A stretch of DNA of 64,000 nt from Eledone cirrhosa (Eukaryota), in contig OZ024744.1 of assembly GCA_964016885.1 (NCBI GenBank), forward strand, positions 125,922,001-125,986,000, written 5' to 3'. Below the pieces are notes generated by a model that searched no databases, had not been told where the DNA came from, and saw only the letters and a list, made by a program, of their open reading frames with translations. The position numbers and the translations under genes are program-made. How positions within the stretch are numbered: the first letter of the stretch is position 1; each line of letters starts with the position of its first letter. Below, piece by piece: positions 20,813-35,700 of the stretch.

Positions 20813-22452
20813 AGTATTTATCTATACATGTATGTATATATAAAATATTGTCATGTTTACAAAAATATTTTTCTAATATCGTGTTTAATATTTTATATTG
20901 TCGTCTGCTTCTCTTCTCACGTGGTTACTTACTCTCTCACCCTCTCTCTCTTTCCCCTCTCATACAACCCCTTCTTTCTCTTTCTTTCCCCTCTCACACA
21001 ACCTCTTCTTTCTCTCTCTTTTTGCCAGTCCCTTCTCTCACTCTCTCTCCCTCTTCCTTTTTTATCTCTTTCTTTCTGTCTCTGTTTCCCTCCTATAGAC
21101 ATTCTCTCTCTCTCTTTCTGCTCTCACTCAGCCTTCTCTCTCTCTCTCTCTCTTTCCCCTCTCACACAGTCTTCTCTCTCTCTCTTTCCCCTCTCACACA
21201 GCATTCTCTCTCTCTCTCTCTCTCTTTCCCCTCTCACACAGCATTCTCTCTCTCTCTCTCTCTCTCTTTATTTCCCCTCTCACACAGCCTTCTCTCTCTA
21301 TCTATCTATCTCTCTCTCTGGAGATTTTTTAACACAAAGTCACACAAGGATTAGAAAAATGGCGATAATCACTTTGAAAGTAACAATTATGCAATAAATA
21401 GTTGTTATTGCCACGTCTCGTATCCTCCTTTGGCAATGTGTAAAATGTTAGCGAGATCGAGTGAACAATACACAAGTTATAATACTTTACAGACGGGACT
21501 TATACAGTAGATGTAGCAAAATGCGTAGATTACGATTCTTGAGACGAGATTAAAATATACGATTAGGGGATACTTTAAGAAGACGAGTAGATGTTTGAGT
21601 AGATTTAGCTGCTTTTTCTAGCATTTTTAGTTATACTTTGAAGCACATTTTTTTTGTTACTATTATATTAAAAGTTATCTGGTTACGTTATTTGACTGGT
21701 ATTTCTAGCATTTTACAAGGACCACGTGTGTGTTTTATTTAAGGAAGATCTAGTTGTTATTTCTGATATTTTCTTCATCAAGTTAGTTGCTATTTCCTGC
21801 ATCCTCTTGAAGACAAGAAATAATAATGAATTAGCTGCTGTTTCTAGTAGGTTCTATGGTAGTGATGAGCGTGGGAGGGGGGTTTGACTGCTATTTTTAG
21901 CAGGTTCTAAGGCATTGAGGTTTATGTTTTACGAGAGATTTGGCTGTTATTTCTAACATGTTATAATGGAGAGAGAGAGAGAGTATAAGATATACAGAGA
22001 GAGGGAGTATAAGATATAGAGAGAGGGGAAACGGCCGATGTTTACGTTGAGAAAACCTAATAAAATGTTATAAATGGGTTTATAAAGAATAGAATGAGAT
22101 AAACAAGACAAAGTTAGATAAAATAAATCAGCTGTAAGGATATTATACGATATATTTATAATATTTTAATATATTTTTCCTGGTCGTCTGCTGCCATTGA
22201 TAGAGAGAGGAGTGGTGGGAGGTAGCCATAACAACCGTGGTAGCAGCACTGAGGTTTGTTTTTAAAGAAGTGAATACAAGAAAAACAAGCAACTAAGAAT
22301 ATTAATCTCTTAAACCCTTCAAGATGTGTATGACAAGAAAGAAGACGTTTTAGAGTCGTATGACATAGATGATAACTGGAAATTCTTACGTGACAACTTA
22401 CTGCAGGCTACTGAAGAAACTTGTGGCTGGAGCAGAGCTCCGACCAGACAGA
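20183..22452 (+). repeat. Captured flank cassette, copy 1 (type A, 2270 bp): (TA)-rich and (CT)-rich microsatellites, unique DNA, RTE fragment
   Basis: Starts TTAAAATACTCACCG and ends CGACCAGACAGA; the distal 831 bp match 52779-53609. Confidence 0.92.
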
Positions 22453-23915
22453 AGTACATGTGCGGACACTCATTGGCTGTGCGTGGTATGCATTTCAGCA
22501 AGATATCTCCGTAACATCAAGAGTTATGGCTGTGGAGGCACACCTAGTCAAACGTAAACAAGCTCTGGAGCGTATACGCTTCGCGATTTTGTTTACGTTT
22601 GACTAGGTGTGCCTCCACAGCCACAACTCTTGATGTTACGGAGATATCTTGCTGAAATGCATACCACGCACAGCCAATGAGTGTCCGCACATGTACTTCT
22701 AATTACACATCGATCCGTCAACATCCGGCCGGCCCACGATCGACGCACAGGGCCGGATGGCCCGTTTGCAGTGAATTTTCACCGGAATCGATCTGTAATT
22801 ACTGGTACATGTGCGGACACACATTTGCTGTGTGTGGTGTGATTTTCACGAAAAACTGCCCATGCTAAATGAGGAAGCTGAAGTCCGCCGGCGAATGGTG
22901 TGCTTCGAAGAAAACTAATTCGAAAATGACCGTTTGCAGGCGGAGTAACCTTTTCGATCGTGGGCCAGCCGCCCGTGGTGGGATACATCTGTAATTACTG
23001 GTACATGTGCGGACACACATTTGCTGTGTGTGGTGTGATTTTCGAGAAAGACTGCCCATGCTAAATGAGGAAGCTGAAGTCCGCCGGCGAATGGTGTGCT
23101 TCGAAGAAAACTAATTCGAAAATGACTATTTGCCGGCGGAATCACCTTTTCGGTCCTGGTCCGGCCGGATCTTGCCGGATCGATCGGAAATTTGTGGACC
23201 ATGTTCGGAAGGCCATTGTGCATGTGTGGTGAAAAAAATTTGTGTCGAAATCTTCTCGGAAAATAACGGATCGCCGGCGGAGATTGCCATTTCGATCGTG
23301 GGCCGGCCGGATCTTGTCGGATCGATTCGGACATATGTGCATCGTGTTCGCAAGGCCCTTGTCTATGTGTGGTGTGATTTTCATAAAGAAATTCCGAAAA
23401 ACCCAGTTTTAAATCTGATTTCGCCAAAGAATTTTGGCTATCAGATCGGGTTGAAAGGTATGGTTTCAGGTCGATCTGAAAGTCTAAAATGGAATTCACT
23501 CGGTTAGCTAACTATTGATATATCGGAGATATCTTTCTGAAAATCACACCACACACTCCCAATGAGTGTCTGCACATGTACCAGTAATTACAGATGGATC
23601 CCACCACGGGCGGCCGGCCCACGATCGAAAAGGTTACTCCGAAGCACACCATTCGCCGGCGGAATTCATTTAGCATGGGCAGTTTTTCTCGAAAATCACA
23701 CCACACACAGCCAATGAGTGTCCGCACATGTACCAGTAATTACAGATGGATCCCACCACGGGCGGCTGGCCCACGATCGAAAAGGTTACTCCGCCTGCAA
23801 ACGGTCATTTTCGAATTCGTTTTCTTCGAAGCACACGATTCGCCGGCGGACTTCAGCTGCCTCATTTAGCATGGGCAGTTTTTCTCGAAAATCACACCAC
23901 ACACAGCCAATGAGT

Positions 23916-23990
23916 TTAAAATACTCACCGTTTGATTTGGAAAAACTTAAAATGCTCACATATATATGTGTATGTATTTATCTATGCATG

Positions 23991-24035
<45 letters not shown>

Positions 24036-24373
24036 GTATTTATCTATGTATTTATCTATATGCATGGATATATATATATATATATATATTTATCTATGTA
24101 TTTATCTATATGCATGGATATATATATATATATATATGTATTTATCTATGCATGTATGAATATATAAAATATATATATATATATATGTGTGTATGTATTT
24201 ATCTATGCATGTATGAATATATAAAATATATATATATATATATATGTATGTATTTATCTATGCATGTATATATATATAAATATATACATAAATATATATA
24301 TATATATATGTATTTATCTATACATGTATGTATATATATATATACATATATATGTATTTATCTATACATGTAT

Positions 24374-24406
<33 letters not shown>

Positions 24407-26032
24407 AGTATTTATCTATACATGTATGTATATATAAAATATTGTCATGTTTACAAAAATATTTTTCTAATATCGTGTTTAATATTTTATATTGTCGTCT
24501 GCTTCTCTTCTCACGTGGTTACTTACTCTCTCACCCTCTCTCTCTTTCCCCTCTCATACAACCCCTTCTTTCTCTTTCTTTCCCCTCTCACACAACCTCT
24601 TCTTTCTCTCTCTTTTTGCCAGTCCCTTCTCTCACTCTCTCTCCCTCTTCCTTTTTTATCTCTTTCTTTCTGTCTCTGTTTCCCTCCTATAGACATTCTC
24701 TCTCTCTCTTTCTGCTCTCACTCAGCCTTCTCTCTCTTTCCCCTCTCACACAGTCTTCTCTCTCTCTCTTTCCCCTCTCACACAGCATTCTCTCTCTCTC
24801 TCTCTCTCTTTCCCCTCTCACACAGCATTCTCTCTCTCTCTCTCTCTTTATTTCCCCTCTCACACAGCCTTCTCTCTCTATCTATCTATCTCTCTCTCTG
24901 GAGATTTTTTAACACAAAGTCACACAAGGATTAGAAAAATGGCGATAATCACTTTGAAAGTAACAATTATGCAATAAATAGTTGTTATTGCCACGTCTCG
25001 TATCCTCCTTTGGCAATGTGTAAAATGTTAGCGAGATCGAGTGAACAATACACAAGTTATAATACTTTACAGACGGGACTTATACAGTAGATGTAGCAAA
25101 ATGCGTAGATTACGATTCTTGAGACGAGATTAAAATATACGATTATGGGATACTTTAAGAAGACGAGTAGATGTTTGAGTAGATTTAGCTGCTTTTTCTA
25201 GCATTTTTAGTTATACTTTGAAGCAAATTTTTTTTGTTACTATTATATTAAAAGTTATCTGGTTACGTTATTTGACTGGTATTTCTAGCATTTTACAAGG
25301 ACCACGTGTGTGTTTTATTTGAGGAAGATCTAGTTGTTATTTCTGATATTTTCTTCATCAAGTTAGTTGCTATTTCCTGCATCCTCTTGAAGACAAGAAA
25401 TAATAATGAATTAGCTGCTGTTTCTAGTAGGTTCTATGGTAGTGATGAGCGTGGGAGGGAGGTTTGACTGCTATTTTTAGCAGGTTCTAAGGCATTGAGG
25501 TTTATGTTTTACGAGAGATTTGGCTGTTATTTCTAACATGTTATAATGGAGAGAGAGAGAGAGTATAAGATATACAGAGAGAGGGAGTATAAGATATAGA
25601 GAGAGGGGAAACGGCCGATGTTTACGTTGAGAAAACCTAATAAAATGTTATAAATGGGTTTATAAAGAATAGAATGAGATAAACAAGACAAAGTTAGATA
25701 AAATAAATCAGCTGTAAGGATATTATACGATATATTTATAATATTTTAATATATTTTTCCTGGTCGTCTGCTGCCATTGATAGAGAGAGGAGTGGTGGGA
25801 GGTAGCCATAACAACCGTGGTAGCAGCACTGAGGTTTGTTTTTAAAGAAGTGAATACAAGAAAAACAAGCAACTAAGAATATTAATCTCTTAAACCCTTC
25901 AAGATGTGTATGACAAGAAAGAAGACGTTTTAGAGTCGTATGACATAGATGATAACTGGAAATTCTTACGTGACAACTTACTGCAGGCTACTGAAGAAAC
26001 TTGTGGCTGGAGCAGAGCTCCGACCAGACAGA
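23916..26032 (+). repeat. Captured flank cassette, copy 2 (type B, 2117 bp)
   Basis: Same junctions as copy 1; SNPs GATTATGGGA, AAGCAAATTT, TTATTTGAGG. Confidence 0.92.
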
Positions 26033-29000
26033 AGTACATGTGCGGACACTCATTGGCTGTGCGTGGTATGCATTTCAGCAAGATATCTCCGTAACATCAA
26101 GAGTTATGGCTGTGGAGGCACACCTAGTCAAACGTAAACAAGCTCTGGAGCGTATACGCTTCGCGATTTTGTTTACGTTTGACTAGGTGTGCCTCCACAG
26201 CCACAACTCTTGATGTTACGGAGATATCTTGCTGAAATGCATACCACGCACAGCCAATGAGTGTCCGCACATGTACTTCTAATTACACATCGATCCGTCA
26301 ACATCCGGCCGGCCCACGATCGACGCACAGGGCCGGATGGCCCGTTTGCAGTGAATTTTCACCGGAATCGATCTGTAATTACTGGTACATGTGCGGACAC
26401 ACATTTGCTGTGTGTGGTGTGATTTTCACGAAAAACTGCCCATGCTAAATGAGGAAGCTGAAGTCCGCCGGCGAATGGTGTGCTTCGAAGAAAACTAATT
26501 CGAAAATGACCGTTTGCAGGCGGAGTAACCTTTTCGATCGTGGGCCAGCCGCCCGTGGTGGGATACATCTGTAATTACTGGTACATGTGCGGACACACAT
26601 TTGCTGTGTGTGGTGTGATTTTCGAGAAAGACTGCCCATGCTAAATGCGGAAGCTGAAGTCCGCCGGCGAATGGTGTGCTTCGAAGAAAACTAATTCGAA
26701 AATGACTATTTGCCGGCGGAATCACCTTTTCGGTCCTGGTCCGGCCGGATCTTGCCGGATCGATCGGAAATTTGTGGACCATGTTCGGAAGGCCATTGTG
26801 CATGTGTGGTGAAAAAAATTTGTGTCGAAATCTTCTCGGAAAATAACGGATCGCCGGCGGAGATTGCCATTTCGATCGTGGGCCGGCCGGATCTTGTCGG
26901 ATCGATTCGGACATATGTGCATCGTGTTCGCAAGGCCCTTGTCTATGTGTGGTGTGATTTTCATAAAGAAATTCCGAAAAACCCAGTTTTAAATCTGATT
27001 TCGCCAAAGAATTTTGGCTATCAGATCGGGTTGAAAGGTATGGTTTCAGGTCGATCTGAAAGTCTAAAATGGAATTCACTCGGTTAGCTAACTATTGATA
27101 TATCGGAGATATCTTTCTGAAAATCACACCACACACTCCCAATGAGTGTCTGCACATGTACCAGTAATTACAGATGGATCCCACCACGGGCGGCCGGCCC
27201 ACGATCGAAAAGGTTACTCCGAAGCACACCATTCGCCGGCGGAATTCATTTAGCATGGGCAGTTTTTCTCGAAAATCACACCACACACAGCCAATGAGTG
27301 TCCGCACATGTACCAGTAATTACAGATGGATCCCACCACGGGCGGCTGGCCCACGATCGAAAAGGTTACTCCGCCTGCAAACGGTCATTTTCGAATTCGT
27401 TTTCTTCGAAGCACACGATTCGCCGGCGGACTTCAGCTGCCTCATTTAGCATGGGCAGTTTTTCTCGAAAATCACACCACACACAGCAAATGTGTGTCCG
27501 CACATGTACCAGTAATTACAGATCGATTCCGGTGAAAATTCACTGAAAACGGGCCATTCGGCCCTGTGCGTCGATCGTGGGCCGGCCGGATGTTGACGGA
27601 TCGATGTGTAATTAGAGGTACATGTGCGGACACTCATTGGCTGTGCGTGGTATGCATTTCAGCAAGATATCTCCGTAACATCAAGAGTTATGGCTGTGGA
27701 GGCACACCTAGTCAAACGTAAACAAGCTCTGGAGCGTATACGCTTCGCGATTTTGTTTACGTTTGACTAGGTGTGCCTCCACAGCCACAACTCTTGATGT
27801 TACGGAGATATCTTGCTGAAATGCATACCACGCACAGCCAATGAGTGTCCGCACATGTACTTCTAATTACACATCGATCCGTCAACATCCGGCCGGCCCA
27901 CGATCGACGCACAGGGCCGGATGGCCCGTTTGCAGTGAATTTTCACCGGAATCGATCTGTAATTACTGGTACATGTGCGGACACACATTTGCTGTGTGTG
28001 GTGTGATTTTCACGAAAAACTGCCCATGCTAAATGAGGAAGCTGAAGTCCGCCGGCGAATGGTGTGCTTCGAAGAAAACTAATTCGAAAATGACCGTTTG
28101 CAGGCGGAGTAACCTTTTCGATCGTGGGCCAGCCGCCCGTGGTGGGATACATCTGTAATTACTGGTACATGTGCGGACACACATTTGCTGTGTGTGGTGT
28201 GATTTTCGAGAAAGACTGCCCATGCTAAATGAGGAAGCTGAAGTCCGCCGGCGAATGGTGTGCTTCGAAGAAAACTAATTCGAAAATGACTATTTGCCGG
28301 CGGAATCACCTTTTCGGTCCTGGTCCGGCCGGATCTTGCCGGATCGATCGGAAATTTGTGGACCATGTTCGGAAGGCCATTGTGCATGTGTGGTGAAAAA
28401 AATTTGTGTCGAAATCTTCTCGGAAAATAACGGATCGCCGGCGGAGATTGCCATTTCGATCGTGGGCCGGCCGGATCTTGTCGGATCGATTCGGACATAT
28501 GTGCATCGTGTTCGCAAGGCCCTTGTCTATGTGTGGTGTGATTTTCATAAAGAAATTCCGAAAAACCCAGTTTTAAATCTGATTTCGCCAAAGAATTTTG
28601 GCTATCAGATCGGGTTGAAAGGTATGGTTTCAGGTCGATCTGAAAGTCTAAAATGGAATTCACTCGGTTAGCTAACTATTGATATATCGGAGATATCTTT
28701 CTGAAAATCACACCACACACTCCCAATGAGTGTCTGCACATGTACCAGTAATTACAGATGGATCCCACCACGGGCGGCCGGCCCACGATCGAAAAGGTTA
28801 CTCCGAAGCACACCATTCGCCGGCGGAATTCATTTAGCATGGGCAGTTTTTCTCGAAAATCACACCACAAACAGCCAATGAGTGTCCGCACATGTACCAG
28901 TAATTACAGATGGATCCCACCACGGGCGGCTGGCCCACGATCGAAAAGGTTACTCCGCCTGCAAACGGTCATTTTCGAATTCGTTTTCTTCGAAGCACAC

Positions 29001-30663
29001 GATTCGCCGGCGGACTTCAGCTGCCTCATTTAGCATGGGCAGTTTTTCTCGAAAATCACACCACACACAGCAAATGTGTGTCCGCACATGTACCAGTAAT
29101 TACAGATCGATTCCGGTGAAAATTCACTGAAAACGGGCCATTCGGCCCTGTGCGTCGATCGTGGGCCGGCCGGATGTTGACGGATCGATGTGTAATTAGA
29201 GGTACATGTGCGGACACTCATTGGCTGTGCGTGGTATGCATTTCAGCAAGATATCTCCGTAACATCAAGAGTTATGGCTGTGGAGGCACACCTAGTCAAA
29301 CGTAAACAAGCTCTGGAGCGTATACGCTTCGCGATTTTGTTTACGTTTGACTAGGTGTGCCTCCACAGCCACAACTCTTGATGTTACGGAGATATCTTGC
29401 TGAAATGCATACCACGCACAGCCAATGAGTGTCCGCACATGTACTTCTAATTACACATCGATCCGTCAACATCCGGCCGGCCCACGATCGACGCACAGGG
29501 CCGGATGGCCCGTTTGCAGTGAATTTTCACCGGAATCGATCTGTAATTACTGGTACATGTGCGGACACACATTTGCTGTGTGTGGTGTGATTTTCACGAA
29601 AAACTGCCCATGCTAAATGAGGAAGCTGAAGTCCGCCGGCGAATGGTGTGCTTCGAAGAAAACTAATTCGAAAATGACCGTTTGCAGGCGGAGTAACCTT
29701 TTCGATCGTGGGCCAGCCGCCCGTGGTGGGATACATCTGTAATTACTGGTACATGTGCGGACACACATTTGCTGTGTGTGGTGTGATTTTCGAGAAAGAC
29801 TGCCCATGCTAAATGAGGAAGCTGAAGTCCGCCGGCGAATGGTGTGCTTCGAAGAAAACTAATTCGAAAATGACTATTTGCCGGCGGAATCACCTTTTCG
29901 GTCCTGGTCCGGCCGGATCTTGCCGGATCGATCGGAAATTTGTGGACCATGTTCGGAAGGCCATTGTGCATGTGTGGTGAAAAAAATTTGTGTCGAAATC
30001 TTCTCGGAAAATAACGGATCGCCGGCGGAGATTGCCATTTCGATCGTGGGCCGGCCGGATCTTGTCGGATCGATTCGGACATATGTGCATCGTGTTCGCA
30101 AGGCCCTTGTCTATGTGTGGTGTGATTTTCATAAAGAAATTCCGAAAAACCCAGTTTTAAATCTGATTTCGCCAAAGAATTTTGGCTATCAGATCGGGTT
30201 GAAAGGTATGGTTTCAGGTCGATCTGAAAGTCTAAAATGGAATTCACTCGGTTAGCTAACTTTTGATATATCGGAGATATCTTTCTGAAAATCACACCAC
30301 ACACTCCCAATGAGTGTCTGCACATGTACCAGTAATTACAGATGGATCCCACCACGGGCGGCCGGCCCACGATCGAAAAGGTTACTCCGAAGCACACCAT
30401 TCGCCGGCGGAATTCATTTAGCATGGGCAGTTTTTCTCGAAAATCACACCACACACAGCCAATGAGTGTCCGCACATGTACCAGTAATTACAGATGGATC
30501 CCACCACGGGCGGCTGGCCCACGATCGAAAAGGTTACTCCGCCTGCAAACGGTCATTTTCGAATTCGTTTTCTTCGAAGCACACGATTCGCCGGCGGACT
30601 TCAGCTGCCTCATTTAGCATGGGCAGTTTTTCTCGAAAATCACACCACACACAGCCAATGAGT

Positions 30664-30738
30664 TTAAAATACTCACCGTTTGATTTGGAAAAACTTAAAA
30701 TGCTCACATATATATGTGTATGTATTTATCTATGCATG

Positions 30739-30783
<45 letters not shown>

Positions 30784-31121
30784 GTATTTATCTATGTATT
30801 TATCTATATGCATGGATATATATATATATATATATATTTATCTATGTATTTATCTATATGCATGGATATATATATATATATATATGTATTTATCTATGCA
30901 TGTATGAATATATAAAATATATATATATATATATGTGTGTATGTATTTATCTATGCATGTATGAATATATAAAATATATATATATATATATATGTATGTA
31001 TTTATCTATGCATGTATATATATATAAATATATACATAAATATATATATATATATATGTATTTATCTATACATGTATGTATATATATATATACATATATA
31101 TGTATTTATCTATACATGTAT

Positions 31122-31154
<33 letters not shown>

Positions 31155-32780
31155 AGTATTTATCTATACATGTATGTATATATAAAATATTGTCATGTTT
31201 ACAAAAATATTTTTCTAATATCGTGTTTAATATTTTATATTGTCGTCTGCTTCTCTTCTCACGTGGTTACTTACTCTCTCACCCTCTCTCTCTTTCCCCT
31301 CTCATACAACCCCTTCTTTCTCTTTCTTTCCCCTCTCACACAACCTCTTCTTTCTCTCTCTTTTTGCCAGTCCCTTCTCTCACTCTCTCTCCCTCTTCCT
31401 TTTTTATCTCTTTCTTTCTGTCTCTGTTTCCCTCCTATAGACATTCTCTCTCTCTCTTTCTGCTCTCACTCAGCCTTCTCTCTCTTTCCCCTCTCACACA
31501 GTCTTCTCTCTCTCTCTTTCCCCTCTCACACAGCATTCTCTCTCTCTCTCTCTCTCTTTCCCCTCTCACACAGCATTCTCTCTCTCTCTCTCTCTTTATT
31601 TCCCCTCTCACACAGCCTTCTCTCTCTATCTATCTATCTCTCTCTCTGGAGATTTTTTAACACAAAGTCACACAAGGATTAGAAAAATGGCGATAATCAC
31701 TTTGAAAGTAACAATTATGCAATAAATAGTTGTTATTGCCACGTCTCGTATCCTCCTTTGGCAATGTGTAAAATGTTAGCGAGATCGAGTGAACAATACA
31801 CAAGTTATAATACTTTACAGACGGGACTTATACAGTAGATGTAGCAAAATGCGTAGATTACGATTCTTGAGACGAGATTAAAATATACGATTATGGGATA
31901 CTTTAAGAAGACGAGTAGATGTTTGAGTAGATTTAGCTGCTTTTTCTAGCATTTTTAGTTATACTTTGAAGCAAATTTTTTTTGTTACTATTATATTAAA
32001 AGTTATCTGGTTACGTTATTTGACTGGTATTTCTAGCATTTTACAAGGACCACGTGTGTGTTTTATTTGAGGAAGATCTAGTTGTTATTTCTGATATTTT
32101 CTTCATCAAGTTAGTTGCTATTTCCTGCATCCTCTTGAAGACAAGAAATAATAATGAATTAGCTGCTGTTTCTAGTAGGTTCTATGGTAGTGATGAGCGT
32201 GGGAGGGAGGTTTGACTGCTATTTTTAGCAGGTTCTAAGGCATTGAGGTTTATGTTTTACGAGAGATTTGGCTGTTATTTCTAACATGTTATAATGGAGA
32301 GAGAGAGAGAGTATAAGATATACAGAGAGAGGGAGTATAAGATATAGAGAGAGGGGAAACGGCCGATGTTTACGTTGAGAAAACCTAATAAAATGTTATA
32401 AATGGGTTTATAAAGAATAGAATGAGATAAACAAGACAAAGTTAGATAAAATAAATCAGCTGTAAGGATATTATACGATATATTTATAATATTTTAATAT
32501 ATTTTTCCTGGTCGTCTGCTGCCATTGATAGAGAGAGGAGTGGTGGGAGGTAGCCATAACAACCGTGGTAGCAGCACTGAGGTTTGTTTTTAAAGAAGTG
32601 AATACAAGAAAAACAAGCAACTAAGAATATTAATCTCTTAAACCCTTCAAGATGTGTATGACAAGAAAGAAGACGTTTTAGAGTCGTATGACATAGATGA
32701 TAACTGGAAATTCTTACGTGACAACTTACTGCAGGCTACTGAAGAAACTTGTGGCTGGAGCAGAGCTCCGACCAGACAGA
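30664..32780 (+). repeat. Captured flank cassette, copy 3 (type B)
   Basis: Offset 6748 bp from copy 2; identical ORF translations. Confidence 0.92.
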
Positions 32781-35700
32781 AGTACATGTGCGGACACTCA
32801 TTGGCTGTGCGTGGTATGCATTTCAGCAAGATATCTCCGTAACATCAAGAGTTATGGCTGTGGAGGCACACCTAGTCAAACGTAAACAAGCTCTGGAGCG
32901 TATACGCTTCGCGATTTTGTTTACGTTTGACTAGGTGTGCCTCCACAGCCACAACTCTTGATGTTACGGAGATATCTTGCTGAAATGCATACCACGCACA
33001 GCCAATGAGTGTCCGCACATGTACTTCTAATTACACATCGATCCGTCAACATCCGGCCGGCCCACGATCGACGCACAGGGCCGGATGGCCCGTTTGCAGT
33101 GAATTTTCACCGGAATCGATCTGTAATTACTGGTACATGTGCGGACACACATTTGCTGTGTGTGGTGTGATTTTCACGAAAAACTGCCCATGCTAAATGA
33201 GGAAGCTGAAGTCCGCCGGCGAATGGTGTGCTTCGAAGAAAACTAATTCGAAAATGACCGTTTGCAGGCGGAGTAACCTTTTCGATCGTGGGCCAGCCGC
33301 CCGTGGTGGGATACATCTGTAATTACTGGTACATGTGCGGACACACATTTGCTGTGTGTGGTGTGATTTTCGAGAAAGACTGCCCATGCTAAATGCGGAA
33401 GCTGAAGTCCGCCGGCGAATGGTGTGCTTCGAAGAAAACTAATTCGAAAATGACTATTTGCCGGCGGAATCACCTTTTCGGTCCTGGTCCGGCCGGATCT
33501 TGCCGGATCGATCGGAAATTTGTGGACCATGTTCGGAAGGCCATTGTGCATGTGTGGTGAAAAAAATTTGTGTCGAAATCTTCTCGGAAAATAACGGATC
33601 GCCGGCGGAGATTGCCATTTCGATCGTGGGCCGGCCGGATCTTGTCGGATCGATTCGGACATATGTGCATCGTGTTCGCAAGGCCCTTGTCTATGTGTGG
33701 TGTGATTTTCATAAAGAAATTCCGAAAAACCCAGTTTTAAATCTGATTTCGCCAAAGAATTTTGGCTATCAGATCGGGTTGAAAGGTATGGTTTCAGGTC
33801 GATCTGAAAGTCTAAAATGGAATTCACTCGGTTAGCTAACTATTGATATATCGGAGATATCTTTCTGAAAATCACACCACACACTCCCAATGAGTGTCTG
33901 CACATGTACCAGTAATTACAGATGGATCCCACCACGGGCGGCCGGCCCACGATCGAAAAGGTTACTCCGAAGCACACCATTCGCCGGCGGAATTCATTTA
34001 GCATGGGCAGTTTTTCTCGAAAATCACACCACACACAGCCAATGAGTGTCCGCACATGTACCAGTAATTACAGATGGATCCCACCACGGGCGGCTGGCCC
34101 ACGATCGAAAAGGTTACTCCGCCTGCAAACGGTCATTTTCGAATTCGTTTTCTTCGAAGCACACGATTCGCCGGCGGACTTCAGCTGCCTCATTTAGCAT
34201 GGGCAGTTTTTCTCGAAAATCACACCACACACAGCAAATGTGTGTCCGCACATGTACCAGTAATTACAGATCGATTCCGGTGAAAATTCACTGAAAACGG
34301 GCCATTCGGCCCTGTGCGTCGATCGTGGGCCGGCCGGATGTTGACGGATCGATGTGTAATTAGAGGTACATGTGCGGACACTCATTGGCTGTGCGTGGTA
34401 TGCATTTCAGCAAGATATCTCCGTAACATCAAGAGTTATGGCTGTGGAGGCACACCTAGTCAAACGTAAACAAGCTCTGGAGCGTATACGCTTCGCGATT
34501 TTGTTTACGTTTGACTAGGTGTGCCTCCACAGCCACAACTCTTGATGTTACGGAGATATCTTGCTGAAATGCATACCACGCACAGCCAATGAGTGTCCGC
34601 ACATGTACTTCTAATTACACATCGATCCGTCAACATCCGGCCGGCCCACGATCGACGCACAGGGCCGGATGGCCCGTTTGCAGTGAATTTTCACCGGAAT
34701 CGATCTGTAATTACTGGTACATGTGCGGACACACATTTGCTGTGTGTGGTGTGATTTTCACGAAAAACTGCCCATGCTAAATGAGGAAGCTGAAGTCCGC
34801 CGGCGAATGGTGTGCTTCGAAGAAAACTAATTCGAAAATGACCGTTTGCAGGCGGAGTAACCTTTTCGATCGTGGGCCAGCCGCCCGTTGTGGGATACAT
34901 CTGTAATTACTGGTACATGTGCGGACACACATTTGCTGTGTGTGGTGTGATTTTCGAGAAAGACTGCCCATGCTAAATGAGGAAGCTGAAGTCCGCCGGC
35001 GAATGGTGTGCTTCGAAGAAAACTAATTCGAAAATGACTATTTGCCGGCGGAATCACCTTTTCGGTCCTGGTCCGGCCGGATCTTGCCGGATCGATCGGA
35101 AATTTGTGGACCATGTTCGGAAGGCCATTGTGCATGTGTGGTGAAAAAAATTTGTGTCGAAATCTTCTCGGAAAATAACGGATCGCCGGCGGAGATTGCC
35201 ATTTCGATCGTGGGCCGGCCGGATCTTGTCGGATCGATTCGGACATATGTGCATCGTGTTCGCAAGGCCCTTGTCTATGTGTGGTGTGATTTTCATAAAG
35301 AAATTCCGAAAAACCCAGTTTTAAATCTGATTTCGCCAAAGAATTTTGGCTATCAGATCGGGTTGAAAGGTATGGTTTCAGGTCGATCTGAAAGTCTAAA
35401 ATGGAATTCACTCGGTTAGCTAACTATTGATATATCGGAGATATCTTTCTGAAAATCACACCACACACTCCCAATGAGTGTCTGCACATGTACCAGTAAT
35501 TACAGATGGATCCCACCACGGGCGGCCGGCCCACGATCGAAAAGGTTACTCCGAAGCACACCATTCGCCGGCGGAATTCATTTAGCATGGGCAGTTTTTC
35601 TCGAAAATCACACCACAAACAGCCAATGAGTGTCCGCACATGTACCAGTAATTACAGATGGATCCCACCACGGGCGGCTGGCCCACGATCGAAAAGGTTA

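Noticed and set aside
20199-21397. YI-rich and LS-rich ORFs (and their copies in the other cassettes)
   Set aside because: Translations of (TA)n and (CT)n microsatellites.
21600-21960. CRISPR interpretation of the motif-plus-spacer cluster
   Set aside because: Repeats are highly degenerate and spacer lengths irregular; no cas genes.
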